From the NCBI GenBank assembly GCA_963832655.1, contig CAWHUW010000005.1:342359-406358 (forward strand): a DNA stretch of 64,000 bases. Reading direction: 5' to 3'. Shown piece after piece: positions 9,824-20,874 of this stretch (position 1 is the first letter of the stretch; each line of letters opens with the position of its first letter). This DNA is from an uncultured Thermoleophilia bacterium (lineage in GTDB: Bacteria > Actinomycetota > Thermoleophilia > UBA2241). The position numbers were made by a program, and so were the translations under genes. The notes beneath the pieces were generated by a model. That model did not search any database. It had not been told where the DNA came from and saw only the letters and a program-made list of their open reading frames with translations.

Positions 9824-9982
9824 GCGCGACGCCTTTCGTCAGCGGGTCGACGGGAGGGCGCCGGCGGCCGCCTGAGCTGGCGGCCGCCGGCGCCCTCCGC
9901 ACCCATTGTACCCCCGCCCCCGGCACGCGCCTCCCGCCCGCTGTGCGCCGCCCCCTCGCGGCGCGTACACTTGCCTTCGCCC

Positions 9983-10753
9983 ATGCGCCCCGAACTCATC
10001 CACATCGGCGACTTCACCCTGTACAGCTTCGGCCTCATGGCCGCGCTGGCCCTCATCGTGCCCGGGCTCGTCGTCGTTCTTCCTCTGCTGCGACGTCGCG
10101 GCGCCTCACCCGACTTCGCCTTCGAGCTTATCTTCGCCGGCGGCATCGGCGGCTTCATCGGCGCCCGCCTCTACTACATGGCCGAGCACTGGTCCCAGGT
10201 GAGCGACGACCTCTGGGGCAGCCTCACGTCGGGCTACGGCTTCACCTGGTACGGAGGCCTGATCGGGGGGTTCGTCGGCGTCGTCGTCTGGTGCCTCATC
10301 CGCAAGGTGCCGCTCGGCATCGTCGCCAACACGATGGGCCCGGCGGTGGCGCTCGGCTACGCGATCGGCCGCGTGGGATGCCAACTGGCCGGCGACGGCG
10401 ACTACGGCATCGAGAGCGACCTCCCGTGGGCGATGGGCTACCCGAACGGGACCGTCCCCACGGCGCCGGGGGTCACGGTCCACCCGACGCCGATCTACGA
10501 GATCCTCATGATGGCGCCGATCATCTGGGTGCTGTGGCGGCTTGCCAACAAGGACCACTCGGGCTGGTGGACCTTCGGCTGGATGCTCGTCCTCACCGGC
10601 GTGGAGCGCTTCGCGATCGAGTTCCTGCGCCGCAACGAGGTGGTCGCGCTCGGGCTCACGCAGCCGCAGTGGGTGGGGCTCGCCAGCGTGGCGATCGGGA
10701 CGGCGCTCGTCCTGGTCTTCCGCTCGCGCCCCGCGGAGCGGATCGACGCGTGA
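9983..10753 (+). CDS. lgt: Prolipoprotein diacylglyceryl transferase
   Basis: Lgt-type translation: LYSFGLMAALA, GGFIGARLYY, GRVGCQLAGDG, HPTPIYE and ERFAIEFLR. Confidence 0.9.
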   Translation: MRPELIHIGDFTLYSFGLMAALALIVPGLVVVLPLLRRRGASPDFAFELIFAGGIGGFIGARLYYMAEHWSQVSDDLWGSLTSGYGFTWYGGLIGGFVGVVVWCLIRKVPLGIVANTMGPAVALGYAIGRVGCQLAGDGDYGIESDLPWAMGYPNGTVPTAPGVTVHPTPIYEILMMAPIIWVLWRLANKDHSGWWTFGWMLVLTGVERFAIEFLRRNEVVALGLTQPQWVGLASVAIGTALVLVFRSRPAERIDA

Positions 10754-10772
10754 CCCCGGCGGACGCGACCCG

Positions 10773-11610
10773 CTAGACCAGCAGCTCCCCTGCGTCGATC
10801 GGCAGCGCGACACCGGTGATGTGCCTGGCGGCGTCCGAGGCGAGCCACACGACGGCCTCACTCACGGCGGACACCGGCACGGTGTCCACGGGAAGGACCT
10901 GCTCGCCGCGTGACACGAGGTCGAGATCGATCTCGGTACGCCCCGGACCGGCGAACGCCTCGTAGTACCCCGGATAGGTCACCATCGGCGTCTTCATCCG
11001 GCTCGGGCAGACGGCGTTGACCGTGATGCCGTACTCGCCGACCTCCATGGCGAGGCTGCGCGCGAGCCCGACGACGCCGTGCTTCGAGGCGACGTAATGG
11101 GCGATGTTCGGGCAGCCGCGCAGGCCGGCCGTGGAGCTCACGCAGATCACCGCGCCCGAGCCTTGCGCGATCAGGTGAGGCACCGTCGCCTTCAGGGTGA
11201 CCCACGTGCCCTTGAGATTCACGTCGATGGTCTCGTCCCACTGCTCTTCCGTGAGCTCCCAGAGGCGGCCCCAGGTGAAGATCCCGGCGTTGGCGACGAC
11301 GATGTCGAGGCGGCCGAGCCCTTCCAGGGCCGCCGCGACCGCCGCCGTCATGCCGGCGAGATCGGTCACGTCGGCCGTGAGCGCCAGACAGCGCCGACCC
11401 AGTCTGCTCGATCTCGGCGCGGACGGCCTCGAGGTCGTCGGCCGAGGCCAGAGCGTACGGCGTCGTATCCAGAGGCTTGCAGCGGTCGAGCAGGGCGAGG
11501 TCTGCGCCCGCCTCCGCAAGGCCGAGCGCCACCTCGCGGCCCACGCCGCGGGCGGCGCCGGTGACGAGCGCCACGCGGCCGCTCAGGTCCAGGCCACGCC
11601 GCCCGTCCAT
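10773..11610 (-). pseudogene. SDR family oxidoreductase of the mycofactocin-coupled/carveol-dehydrogenase type, one frameshift
   Basis: The N-terminal part (GRVALVTGAARGVGRE...TTPYALASADDLEAV) is in ORF frame 10858-11610. The remainder (RRCLALTADVTD...NAGI...YVASKHGVVGL...ITGVALPIDAG) is in frame 10773-11519. The shift lies near 11400 in a GGG/CCC run. Confidence 0.75.
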
Positions 11611-12362
11611 CCGTCGCGCTCATGATCCCACCCCCCGTCCACGAACACCGTCTCGCCGTCGACGTAGCGCGCCCCGTCGGAGGCGAGCCACAGGATCACG
11701 TCGGCGATCACCTCCGGGCCCTCGACGCGGCCGATCGGGACCTCGGCGGCGAGGCGCCGCTCCTCCTCCGTGTCAGTCATGGGGTTCATCGCCGTGCGGA
11801 TGTAGCCCGGCGCCACGGCGTTCACCCTGATGCCGTGCGGACCCAGCTCGAGCGCCATCGCCTTCGTCAACATCCGCACGCCGCCCTTGCTCGCGCAGTA
11901 GGCGGAGCAGCCCTCGGCGGCGCGCTCGCCGTAGATCGAGGCCACGGTGACGATGCTCCCGCCCTGACCGGCGGCGATCATCGCTTGCGCAGCGGCCTGG
12001 CCGCAGAAGAAGACGCCCTTGAGGTTGACGGCGAAGGTCGTATCGAGGTCCTCTTCAGTGACGTCGAGGAACGGTCGGTCGCGCGATACGCCGGCGTTGG
12101 CGACCATGACGTCGATGCGGCCGACGTCGAGACACGTCTCCACGAGGTGGTCCACGTCGGCACGCTTCGCGACGTCGACGACGACCGCGGTGCACTCGTG
12201 ACCGGCGGCGCGGACCAGGGCGGCCGTCTCCTCGAGCCCCGCGGGCACGACGTCGGAGGCCACGACGCGCGCGCCGGCCGCGGCGAACGCCGCGGCTGTC
12301 GCGCGCCCGATGCCGCTCCCTGCGCCGGTGACGGCGACGACTTTCCCGCTCAGCTCACCCAT
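11583..12362 (-). CDS. SDR family oxidoreductase (classical, glucose/3-oxoacyl reductase-like)
   Basis: Motifs TGAGSGIGRA, NAGV and YCASKGG. ATG 12362 overlaps the hyuB stop. Confidence 0.85.
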   Translation of the reverse strand: MGELSGKVVAVTGAGSGIGRATAAAFAAAGARVVASDVVPAGLEETAALVRAAGHECTAVVVDVAKRADVDHLVETCLDVGRIDVMVANAGVSRDRPFLDVTEEDLDTTFAVNLKGVFFCGQAAAQAMIAAGQGGSIVTVASIYGERAAEGCSAYCASKGGVRMLTKAMALELGPHGIRVNAVAPGYIRTAMNPMTDTEEERRLAAEVPIGRVEGPEVIADVILWLASDGARYVDGETVFVDGGWDHERDGWTGGVAWT

Positions 12363-14063
12363 CGCTTGCGCTCCTCCCATAGTCCCGCGCGGCAGCCTCG
12401 GGCGTCACGTAGCCGTTCTTGAGGTCCCACGCGAGCGCGTCGGGATCCCGATTCTCGGGCGGGCCCCACCCGCCGCCGCCCGCACCGCGTAGCGCGAGCC
12501 TGTCGCCCTGCTTCTTCTCGATGTTGACTCCGCGGGCGCGCAGCTCGCGTGCGTCGTCGCGCCCGGGGTTGTCGACGAACGCCGCAGGCCAGCCGCGATC
12601 GCCGCCGTTGAAGCCCCACGCCCGTGTCTCGTCCATCGTCTGGTCGCCGTACCATCCGGCGATCGTGAGCTGCGGCGCGATGACCTCATACCACCGTTCG
12701 ACGGCCAGTCCGCCGCGATACCTGCCGGCCCCACCGGAGTCGGGGACCAGCTCGGTCTTGAGCACGCGCAGCGGAGCCTCCAACTCAAGGGCCTCCGCGA
12801 ACATCATCGCGCAGTTGCCGAGGTGCGTGTCGATCGCCGAGAGGCCGTCGCCGCGGTCGTGACCACCCATGCCTCCGCCGACGATGTCCGCGCAGAGATA
12901 GGGCTCGCTGGTTCGCGGGTCGATGCCGGTCGCGCCGAAGGTCGGGAAGCTGACCGAGCAGCCCGCCGCGCTGCGCTCCGGCTTCGCCTCGCAGAGTGCT
13001 TTGAGCATGAGGTCGGCGACCTTGAGCGAGGTCGGGTGACGCACACTCACGGCCGCGGGCGCCACCGGGTTCAGCAACGAGCCCTCGGGCACCGTCCAGC
13101 TCACCGGCCGGTAGCAGCCCTCGTTCATCTCGACGTCCGCCTCGATCATGCAGCGCACGGCGTACCAGATCGCTGAGACCGTCGAGGAGAGCGGGCAGTT
13201 CATGCTGCCGCGGACCTGCTGCGTCGGTGCCGGTGAAGTCGGCGTGGATCTGACCGTCGCCCACGGTCACGGTCACGACGATCTTGACCGGCTTCGTCGC
13301 CGTAGAAGTCGGGGTCCATCAGGCCCTCGGCGTGATAGACACCCTCGCCCATGGCGCGGATCTCGTTGCGCACCATCGTCTCCGTGTAGGCCCAGAGGTC
13401 CTCGACGTATGCCTCGAGCTCGCTCGCGCCGTAGCGTTCGCAGAGCTCGACCCAGCGGCGCTCGCCGGTGCGGCAAGCGGCGATCTGCGAGCGCACGTCG
13501 CCCAGCGTCTCCTTGGGGATGCGGACGTTGGCCGCGAGCACATCCAGGAGGCCCTGGTTCGGCACGCCGCGGTCGTAGAGCTTGACGACGGGCAGCAGCA
13601 GGCCCTCCTGCCAGACCTCCGTCGCGTCCGCCGCCTCGGACGCCGGCGTCTTGCCGCCCACGTCCATGTGGTGCGCGTTGGTTCCGGCGTAGCCCATGAG
13701 CCGGTCGGCGTAGTAGATCGGCGTGATGACGATGAGGTCGTTGCTGTGGGTGGCGCCGAAGTAGGGGTGGTTCATGATGAACACGTCGCCGGGTCCCGTC
13801 TGCTCTGCGGGAAACTTGCGCAGCATGAACCTGATCGCGGAGCTCATCACGCCGAGCTGCGCCGGCAGGTTCTCGTCCTGGCTGATCAGCTCCCCTCCGG
13901 GGCCGAACATCGCGCACGAGAAGTCGAGCATGTCGTAGATGATCGCCGAGTAGGCGCTGCGCCGCATGGCGCGGCTCATCTCCTCGGCCGCCGAGGTCAG
14001 GCTGTTGGCCACCACCTCGCGGGTGATGGGGTCGACGGACCTGCCTGCGTTCGCGGGGCTCAC
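12355..14063 (-). pseudogene. hyuB: Hydantoinase B / oxoprolinase family protein, two frameshifts
   Basis: HyuB-type translation (DPITREVVANSL, MNHPYFGATHSNDL, ...TVTVGDGQIHADFTGTD..., MNCPLSSTVSAIWYAVR) is spread over three frames. Single-base shifts lie near 13285 and 13215. GTG 14063 overlaps the hyuA stop (GTGA). Confidence 0.85.
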
Positions 14064-16117
14064 TGCGCCACCTCCACGATGATGTTGCCGTAGCCGTCGA
14101 CGGTGGCGACGTCTCCCGGCGGGATCCACGTGGTCGTGTCGAGCTGCTCTACGATCATCGGGCCGGGGTATGGCCTGCACTCCTCGAGCCGGCTGCGGTC
14201 GAGCACGGGAGTATCGAGCCAGCCCTCTCCCTTGACGTAGACGGGGCGCCGCCGATCGTGCTCGTAGCGCGGCGCGATCTGTTCGCGCCAGGCGCCGCGC
14301 GGCACCGTGCCCACGCCCTCCACGCGCAGGTTGACGAACTGCGTGGGCTCGTCCTCCGAGTGGTGCCCGTAGGCCTGCTCGTGGTGAGCGTGGAACGAGG
14401 CCACGAGGCGTTCGACGGCGCTCTCCGGATGCTCTGCTCCAGGACCTGCCAGCATCTCGTCGCAGGGGATCGTCAGCTCGTAGGCCTGGCCGTGGTAGCG
14501 CATGTCGGCGTAGCGCCGGAACGAGATCGCCTCTGGCGGAATGCCATCCTCGATAAGCTTGCGCTCCGCCTCCGCGCGGAGCGCCTCGAGGATGCGCTCC
14601 GCCTCGACGAAGTCGGCTTTCTCGGTAGGCACAATGAACGGGGCCATCATGGGATGGCGGATGTCGGTCATCAGCAACCCGACGGCGGACGTGATGCCAG
14701 GGTGCGGCGGAACGATCACGCGAGGGATCCTGGCCTCGCGCGCCACACCGCAGGCGTGCATCGGACCGGCGCCGCCGAAGGCGACCAGGCTGAACCCGCG
14801 CGGGTCGAGACCCTTCTCGACAGTGATGAGCCGGATCGCACCGAGCATGTTGGCGTTGGCGATGGCGATGATGCCGGCGGCGGCGTCCTCGACCGACAGG
14901 CCGAGCGGGGCCGCGGCGTCCCGCTCGACGGCGGCGCGCGCGGCATCGGCGTCGAGCACCAGGTCACGGCCGAGGATCGTGTCGGCGCCAAGGACGCCGA
15001 CAACGAGGTTCGCGTCGGACACGGTCGCCCGTGTGCCGCCGCGCTGGTAGCAGGCCGGCCCGGGCACGGCCGAGGCGCTCTCCGGGCCCACCTTGAGCCC
15101 ACCGGCGGCATCCACGTGGGCGATGCTGCCGCCGCCCGCGCCGATCGTCTCGATGTCGACCATCGGCGTGCGCAGCGGGTAACCCTCGACGTCCTTGAGG
15201 TGCGTCCGTCCGGGCTCGCCGTGCACGACCGTGGCGACGTCGCAGCTCGTGCCGCCCATGTCGAAGGTGACGAGGTCCTCGAAGCCCGCGGAGACGCCGA
15301 AGAACGTGCCGCCGACGACGCCGCCGACCGGTCCCGAGAGGATCGTGTTCACCGGTCGTTCCTTGGTGGTCGTCGCCGTCATCAGACCGCCCGTCGACTG
15401 CATCACGTGCAAGCCGGCGCCGATGCCGTTCTCGCGCAGCTGCCGCTCCAGACGATCGATGTAGTTGAAGACCGGCGGCATGACGTAGGCATTGATGGTC
15501 GTGGTGCTCATCCGCCAGAACTCGCGGTACTCGGGGCTGAGGCTCGAGGACAAGGAGACCATGGCCTGCGGCATGATCTCCGCCGCAAGCTCCGCGAGGC
15601 GTCGCTCGTGGGCGTCGTTCATGAAGGAGAAGAGCAGACAGATGGCGAGCGACTCGACGCCTTCGGCCGCGAGTTCCTGGAGGGTGGCGCGCGCGGCCTG
15701 CTCATCGAGCGGCGTCACCACGCTGCCGTCATAGGCGATGCGCTCCGGGATATCGCGGCGTAAGTAGCGCGGAACGAGCGCGGGCCGCCTCGACTGCACG
15801 ACGCTGTACAGCTCGGCGCGCTGCTGCGTGCCGATCTCGAGCACGTCCCTGAATCCCGCGGTGGTCAGCAGCGCCGTCTTGGCGCCCTTGTGCTCGAGCA
15901 GCGCGTTGGTGGCGACCGTCGTACCGTGGACGAGGAACTCGACGCTGTCCGGCTCCGCTCCTGCCTTCTCGAGGCCGGCGAGGATGCCGTCGATGAAGCC
16001 GACCGACTGGTCGCCGGGCGTCGACGGCACCTTCTCGATCCACACCTGCCCAGAATCGGCGTCGAGGACACAGATATCGGTGAACGTGCCGCCGACGTCG
16101 ACCGCGAGCTTCAGCAT
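14060..16117 (-). CDS. hyuA: Hydantoinase A / oxoprolinase family protein
   Basis: MLKLAVDVGGTFTDICV N-terminus, then DMGGTSCDV and IGAGGGSIA motifs. ATG 16117 has a GGAGAG RBS. Confidence 0.9.
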   Translation of the reverse strand: MLKLAVDVGGTFTDICVLDADSGQVWIEKVPSTPGDQSVGFIDGILAGLEKAGAEPDSVEFLVHGTTVATNALLEHKGAKTALLTTAGFRDVLEIGTQQRAELYSVVQSRRPALVPRYLRRDIPERIAYDGSVVTPLDEQAARATLQELAAEGVESLAICLLFSFMNDAHERRLAELAAEIMPQAMVSLSSSLSPEYREFWRMSTTTINAYVMPPVFNYIDRLERQLRENGIGAGLHVMQSTGGLMTATTTKERPVNTILSGPVGGVVGGTFFGVSAGFEDLVTFDMGGTSCDVATVVHGEPGRTHLKDVEGYPLRTPMVDIETIGAGGGSIAHVDAAGGLKVGPESASAVPGPACYQRGGTRATVSDANLVVGVLGADTILGRDLVLDADAARAAVERDAAAPLGLSVEDAAAGIIAIANANMLGAIRLITVEKGLDPRGFSLVAFGGAGPMHACGVAREARIPRVIVPPHPGITSAVGLLMTDIRHPMMAPFIVPTEKADFVEAERILEALRAEAERKLIEDGIPPEAISFRRYADMRYHGQAYELTIPCDEMLAGPGAEHPESAVERLVASFHAHHEQAYGHHSEDEPTQFVNLRVEGVGTVPRGAWREQIAPRYEHDRRRPVYVKGEGWLDTPVLDRSRLEECRPYPGPMIVEQLDTTTWIPPGDVATVDGYGNIIVEVAQ

Positions 16118-16234
16118 GTCAGTCTCTCCTGTTCCTTTCGCCGGAATCGGACGACCACGGTTCTGCACCGGGTCCGGTCGTGTTCGGGGTCGTGTCGCTG
16201 CGGTTGGGACTCATGTGCCCTGGACGATGCGGCG

Positions 16235-17359
16235 TCACGTGCCGTCGAGGAGGCTCGAGTAGTCGATGTGCCGATAGCCCGTGGTGCAAGGGTTGCCGTC
16301 GGCGATCCACATGTGGCGATCCACGAGGTCCATCACGGCTGAGACCACCGTGGCCTCTTGCTCACCCACATCCGCGCCTTCACGGGGATGCGTACAGACG
16401 CCCGCGGGATGATTCGCGTGGAGACAGAACGCCTCTTGGAGCGTCTCAGGCGACAAGCTGCTCCCACGCGGGCGGAGGTGCTCAAGCACGGACTGCAAGC
16501 GGAAGGGACTGTCCGGCATCAGCCAGAGGCCGACGTCCTGTCCGGCGAAGCGCGGCGACACATAGTGGTTGGTGTGCGCCAAAAAGCCGTCGGTCGGCTG
16601 CTCGACGAGGAGCCGGGAGAAGCCGCCCGGGAGCGCTTCGACATCCACTGCCAGACCGTCCCTGTGGGCGAGCATGTAGTTAGCGGACGACGCCCGCGGG
16701 GCGGCTTGCAGCCGTGCCAGAGCGTCGCTGATGCTGGTGGCGTCGTGCAATGCGCGGAGAACAACGTGGTACGGCACAGCGGGCTCACCCAAGTCCATCT
16801 CGCACGCCATGGCGTTGGTGGCGATCCCCAGTCCGGCGGCGTTCATTCCGAACTTCGCGAGCAACCCAGCCTCGACGAGGGTGACGAACGAGGGACCGTC
16901 GTCTTGCTCGACCTCGAGGACCACCACGGTCTCGCGGGCATGCACGAGCCAATCCCAGTTCTGGCCGATGAGCGTGTGTCCGCCTGCGGCGGCAGCTGGG
17001 AGGACAGCCAGCGACGTGCACTCGCCGGAGCAAGAGCCCGCATGTCGCGCCTTGGCTGAGAACATGACCTCGGTCCGCACGTTGATGGAAAGGATGTCCT
17101 CAAGATCCACGCCGGCGCCTTTGGCGATCCCGCGCATCTCGTCGACGAAACGGGGATCGAAAGCCTCGATGGCCGGCACGTAGTCCACAGCCATGGCGCG
17201 CACGGTCTCCCAATCGACTGCGGCCCAGCTGCGAAACACGGCAGAGTATGCCTGGATGGACCGGCGCACTCGCTCCGACGTCTGCTCCCCGTACTGCACC
17301 CCTCGTTCGTACGGTGCACCGCGGACACGAACGTGCGGATATGGGTCACGCGTCGGCAT
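16235..17359 (-). CDS. C45 family autoproteolytic acyltransferase/hydrolase (acyl-CoA:6-APA acyltransferase-like)
   Basis: Family-like layout with the candidate nucleophile in GECTSLAV and IGQNWDW, HTNHY motifs. Confidence 0.75.
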   Translation of the reverse strand: MPTRDPYPHVRVRGAPYERGVQYGEQTSERVRRSIQAYSAVFRSWAAVDWETVRAMAVDYVPAIEAFDPRFVDEMRGIAKGAGVDLEDILSINVRTEVMFSAKARHAGSCSGECTSLAVLPAAAAGGHTLIGQNWDWLVHARETVVVLEVEQDDGPSFVTLVEAGLLAKFGMNAAGLGIATNAMACEMDLGEPAVPYHVVLRALHDATSISDALARLQAAPRASSANYMLAHRDGLAVDVEALPGGFSRLLVEQPTDGFLAHTNHYVSPRFAGQDVGLWLMPDSPFRLQSVLEHLRPRGSSLSPETLQEAFCLHANHPAGVCTHPREGADVGEQEATVVSAVMDLVDRHMWIADGNPCTTGYRHIDYSSLLDGT

Positions 17360-18152
17360 CGCCGGACCGTGCCACTTTCACGGACGTCGCCACTTCGCGT
17401 GCAGTCGCGATGCGGACGTCGTCCTGCGCCCTGACGAAGTCGAGGAAGGCGTCGAGCATCCGCAGCCGTCCGGGCCGGCCGATGATCTGAGGATGCATGG
17501 TCAGCACGGTGAGCCCGCCAAGCGCGTGGATGCCGAGGAACTCCTCCTGCCAGATCTCGCGAACCTCCGACGGCCGCGAGATCTTCTTGGTCCACGTGGC
17601 GCCGTCGAACCAGAAGTGCGGCGCGTCGTCCAGGAGCCACTGCACGGGCAGCTCGACGATGCCGAAACCCTCGTGCACGTATGGGCGGATGTCGTCCATC
17701 ATGTTCGAGGAGTAGATCAGTCCCGCGGACGAGAGCAGCGGGAGCGTGTTCTCGCTGAAGTCCCAGGAGGGCGACCGGTAGCCAACCGGCTCGGCACCGA
17801 GGCCGCGGAGGATGGCCAACGTCTTCGTCAGCTCGTCCTCTTCCTCGTCTCTGGAGAGGTTCGTGGGCGAGCGATGGGTGTAGCCGTGGACCGCCACCTC
17901 GTGACCCTCGGAGATGATCAGGCGAACCTTGGCCGGGTGACGTTCCGCCACCCTGCCTGGGACGAAGAACGTCGCCGCGATCCCCTTGTCCGACAGCATC
18001 CGGAGGATGAGGTCGACCGCGACTTTGGCGCCGTAGGTCCCTTGAGACAGGACCCCTGGGCGAAACGCGTTCGCGGGATCCTCGCCGATCCAGACCTCCT
18101 CGGCGTCGAAGTCGAAGGTCGGAACGAACGTGGAGCCCCTAGGATCGGTCAC
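17346..18152 (-). CDS. Polysaccharide deacetylase family protein
   Basis: Motifs FDFDAE, ATFFVPGRVAERHP, HGYTH and YRSPSW. GTG 18152 is preceded by AAGGAGG. Confidence 0.85.
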   Translation of the reverse strand: MTDPRGSTFVPTFDFDAEEVWIGEDPANAFRPGVLSQGTYGAKVAVDLILRMLSDKGIAATFFVPGRVAERHPAKVRLIISEGHEVAVHGYTHRSPTNLSRDEEEDELTKTLAILRGLGAEPVGYRSPSWDFSENTLPLLSSAGLIYSSNMMDDIRPYVHEGFGIVELPVQWLLDDAPHFWFDGATWTKKISRPSEVREIWQEEFLGIHALGGLTVLTMHPQIIGRPGRLRMLDAFLDFVRAQDDVRIATAREVATSVKVARSGDADA

Positions 18153-19278
18153 TGCCCGCCTCCTTGCTCGGTTCCTCACTTTGGGCGACCACCGGGGCCC
18201 CGGACAGCTCGTCGTCCTTCGGCGCTGCGTTCGCTTTGCGCTGGTCGGCGTTCATCCAGTCGCGGAAGCGCACGCTCAGCGGGCCGAAGAGCCTCACGAT
18301 CCCCGTGGGCTGCAAGACCAGGATGAGCAGAAGCACGACGCCGAGGATGAACATGCGCCATTCGTCCGTCCCGCGCAGGAGCTCGGTGAGGATCATCACG
18401 ACGATCGTCCCGACGATCGGACCGCTGACCGTCCCCATGCCGCCGACGATGATCATGAGGACGAGAAGTGACAGCGGCGTCAACCCCATCACCGTCGGGG
18501 AGATGCTGGAGAAGTGGAAGGCGTAGAGGGCGCCCGCGACGCCTGAAAGGACTGCCGACAACGTAGTGGCGGCCACGTAGTACACGCGCATGCTGACGCC
18601 CAGGCCGGAAGCGTAGCGGCTCGAGTCGCGCAGGCCCTGGAAGGCGACGCCGTAGGGAGAGTTCATCACCCGCTGGATGATCAGCGCGGTGACGATGCAG
18701 ACGATGAGCGCGAACCAGTAGAAGACGCGCTGTTCCGTGATCGTGGACAGGCTCTCGAACGGGCTCACGATGCCGCTGAGGCCGTACACCCCGCCGGTCA
18801 CCCCCGACGAGTCGTTGATGACGGCCAGCCGCACGACCTCAGCGAACGAGAAGGTCAGTAGGGCGACGTAGATGCCGCGCAGGCGCATCGAGGGGAGGCT
18901 GAGGATCACGTTCGCGACCCCGGCGGCCACGGCGCCGATCACGAGAGCTATCCAGGGCGAGACGCCGAACTCGATCTCGGCGATACCGGCGGCGTAGCCG
19001 CCGATCGCGAAAAGGGCCAGCTGCCCGAAGTTCCACGCCCCTGTCATTCCGAGCGTGAGGTTCCACGCCTGGTTCAGGACCGCGTAGATGAAGATGAGGA
19101 TCAACAGGTTGATGAGGTAGGAGTCGGTGGTCGCGAACGGGATGAGCGCCGCCAGGATGACCACGGGGGCGACCACCGCCAAAGGCACGGCATGCCAACC
19201 GAGCAGCCGACTGACCTCGCGGCGCGTCGGCGCCGCGACCCGTGCGTCCGGCGCGACCAGCTCGGGCCGCGCGCTCAC
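18139..19278 (-). CDS. Branched-chain/amide-type ABC transporter permease (LivM family)
   Basis: LivM-like helices (NLTLGMTGAWNFGQLALFAIGGY). GTG 19278 overlaps the upstream stop (GTGA). Confidence 0.85.
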   Translation of the reverse strand: MSARPELVAPDARVAAPTRREVSRLLGWHAVPLAVVAPVVILAALIPFATTDSYLINLLILIFIYAVLNQAWNLTLGMTGAWNFGQLALFAIGGYAAGIAEIEFGVSPWIALVIGAVAAGVANVILSLPSMRLRGIYVALLTFSFAEVVRLAVINDSSGVTGGVYGLSGIVSPFESLSTITEQRVFYWFALIVCIVTALIIQRVMNSPYGVAFQGLRDSSRYASGLGVSMRVYYVAATTLSAVLSGVAGALYAFHFSSISPTVMGLTPLSLLVLMIIVGGMGTVSGPIVGTIVVMILTELLRGTDEWRMFILGVVLLLILVLQPTGIVRLFGPLSVRFRDWMNADQRKANAAPKDDELSGAPVVAQSEEPSKEAGSDRS

Positions 19279-20159
19279 AGCCGCTCCTCCTGCGGCATGC
19301 CAAACAGGCCGTTGGGACGGACGATGAGCACCACGATGATGATCGCGAACATGATCGTGAGCGACCATCCCGTGCCCACGTACGTCGACGCGAGCGACTC
19401 GACGAGCCCCATGAGGAATGCCGCGTAGATCGTGCCGCGGATGCTCCCGAGGCCGGCGAGGATGGCGACGATGAGGCCCTTGAGGAGAGGCAGGTCGCCC
19501 GAGACCGGATTGATGAAGTAGAGCGGCGCGAGCAGCACGCCGGCGATCCCCGCCAGGCTGCCGGCCAGCGCCATCGTCAACATGTAGACCCTCTTGGGGT
19601 CGACGCCGTTGAGCCGCGCTGCGTCGTGGTCCTGGGCGACGGCGCTCACCGACAACCCGTGCCGCGTCTTGTTCAGGAACCAGCTCAGGCCGGCGAGAGC
19701 GATGAAGGTGATCACGAGGATCACGACCGACTGCCAGGTGAGCGTGACGCCGGCGAAGCTGATGCTGCCTTCGACGAGCGGCGGGATGCCCTTGGACTGG
19801 GCCCCGAACATGAGGAGGGCGGCGGCCGACAGGATGATGGTCACCGCGAGTGTGGAGATGTAGGCGGTCATCTCGAAATCGATGTCCTTGCGGCCGACGA
19901 GCGGGCGCACGGATGTGATCTCCGTCGCCACCCCGAACAGGGCGGTCACCATGATGGCGAACACGAGCCCGATCCACGGGCTCAGGCCGAACCTCTCGTA
20001 GAGCACGAAGGCTGCGTAGCCGCCCACCATCACGTATGAGCCCTGGGCCATGTTGAGTGTCCGTAGCGACCCGTAGACGAGGGTCAGGCCCACGGTCATG
20101 ATGGCGTAGATCGCGCCGATCACGACGCCGCTGATCAGCGCCTGAAGAAGCACCGTCAC
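19275..20159 (-). CDS. Branched-chain/amide-type ABC transporter permease (LivH family)
   Basis: LivH-like translation (GVVIGAIYAIMTVGLTLVYG, NMAQGS, GSIRGT). Confidence 0.9.
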   Translation of the reverse strand: MTVLLQALISGVVIGAIYAIMTVGLTLVYGSLRTLNMAQGSYVMVGGYAAFVLYERFGLSPWIGLVFAIMVTALFGVATEITSVRPLVGRKDIDFEMTAYISTLAVTIILSAAALLMFGAQSKGIPPLVEGSISFAGVTLTWQSVVILVITFIALAGLSWFLNKTRHGLSVSAVAQDHDAARLNGVDPKRVYMLTMALAGSLAGIAGVLLAPLYFINPVSGDLPLLKGLIVAILAGLGSIRGTIYAAFLMGLVESLASTYVGTGWSLTIMFAIIIVVLIVRPNGLFGMPQEERL

Positions 20160-20169
20160 AGTCGACCCC

Positions 20170-20874
20170 CTAGGTTCCCAGATAGACAGACCGGAGGCGC
20201 TCGTCGCCCATGAGCGCCGCGACCGTACCCTGATGTACCACGCGCCCGTTCTCCATGAGGTACACGTAGTCGGCGATGTCCAGGATGTTCTCGAAGCTCT
20301 CCTCGGCGAGCAGGACCGTGGCCTCGTCGCGGGCGATCTTCCGCAAGGTCGCGTAGACCTCCTTGACGAGCACGGGCGCCAGCCCTAGGGCGGGCTCGTC
20401 CACCATCAGCACCTTCGCCCTGCTCATCAGGCCACGGCCGATGGCGCACATGCGCCGCTCGCCGCCCGAGAGCGTGCGCGCCTGCTGCCGGCGCCGCTCC
20501 CCAAGCCGCGGGAACAGCACGAAGACCCGCTCGAGGCCCTCGAGGCGCTTCTTCCAAGCGTCGCTCAGGTAGGCGCCCATGAGCAGGTTCTGCTCGACGG
20601 TGAGATCCTGAAAGAGAAGGTCGCCTTGGGGGATATGGACCAGGCCTTGGGCGACGATCGCGCCGGGAGGCTGATCGAGAAGCGACACGCCATCGAGGAC
20701 AGCGGTGCCGCCCCACGCGGGCACGAGCCCGCTGAGCACGCGCAGCAGGGTCGTCTTGCCGTGTCCGTTCGGCCCCGTCAGCACGACCAGCTGACCTTGC
20801 GCCACCTCGATGCTGACCTCGGACAGCACGCGTGTCTTGCCGTAGCCGGCGGTCACGTCCTTGACGCTAAGCAT
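20170..20874 (-). CDS. ABC transporter ATP-binding protein (LivF family)
   Basis: Walker A GPNGHGKTT, signature LSGGERRM and Walker B LMVDEPALGLAP. ATG 20907 is an alternative start. Confidence 0.85.
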   Translation of the reverse strand: MLSVKDVTAGYGKTRVLSEVSIEVAQGQLVVLTGPNGHGKTTLLRVLSGLVPAWGGTAVLDGVSLLDQPPGAIVAQGLVHIPQGDLLFQDLTVEQNLLMGAYLSDAWKKRLEGLERVFVLFPRLGERRRQQARTLSGGERRMCAIGRGLMSRAKVLMVDEPALGLAPVLVKEVYATLRKIARDEATVLLAEESFENILDIADYVYLMENGRVVHQGTVAALMGDERLRSVYLGT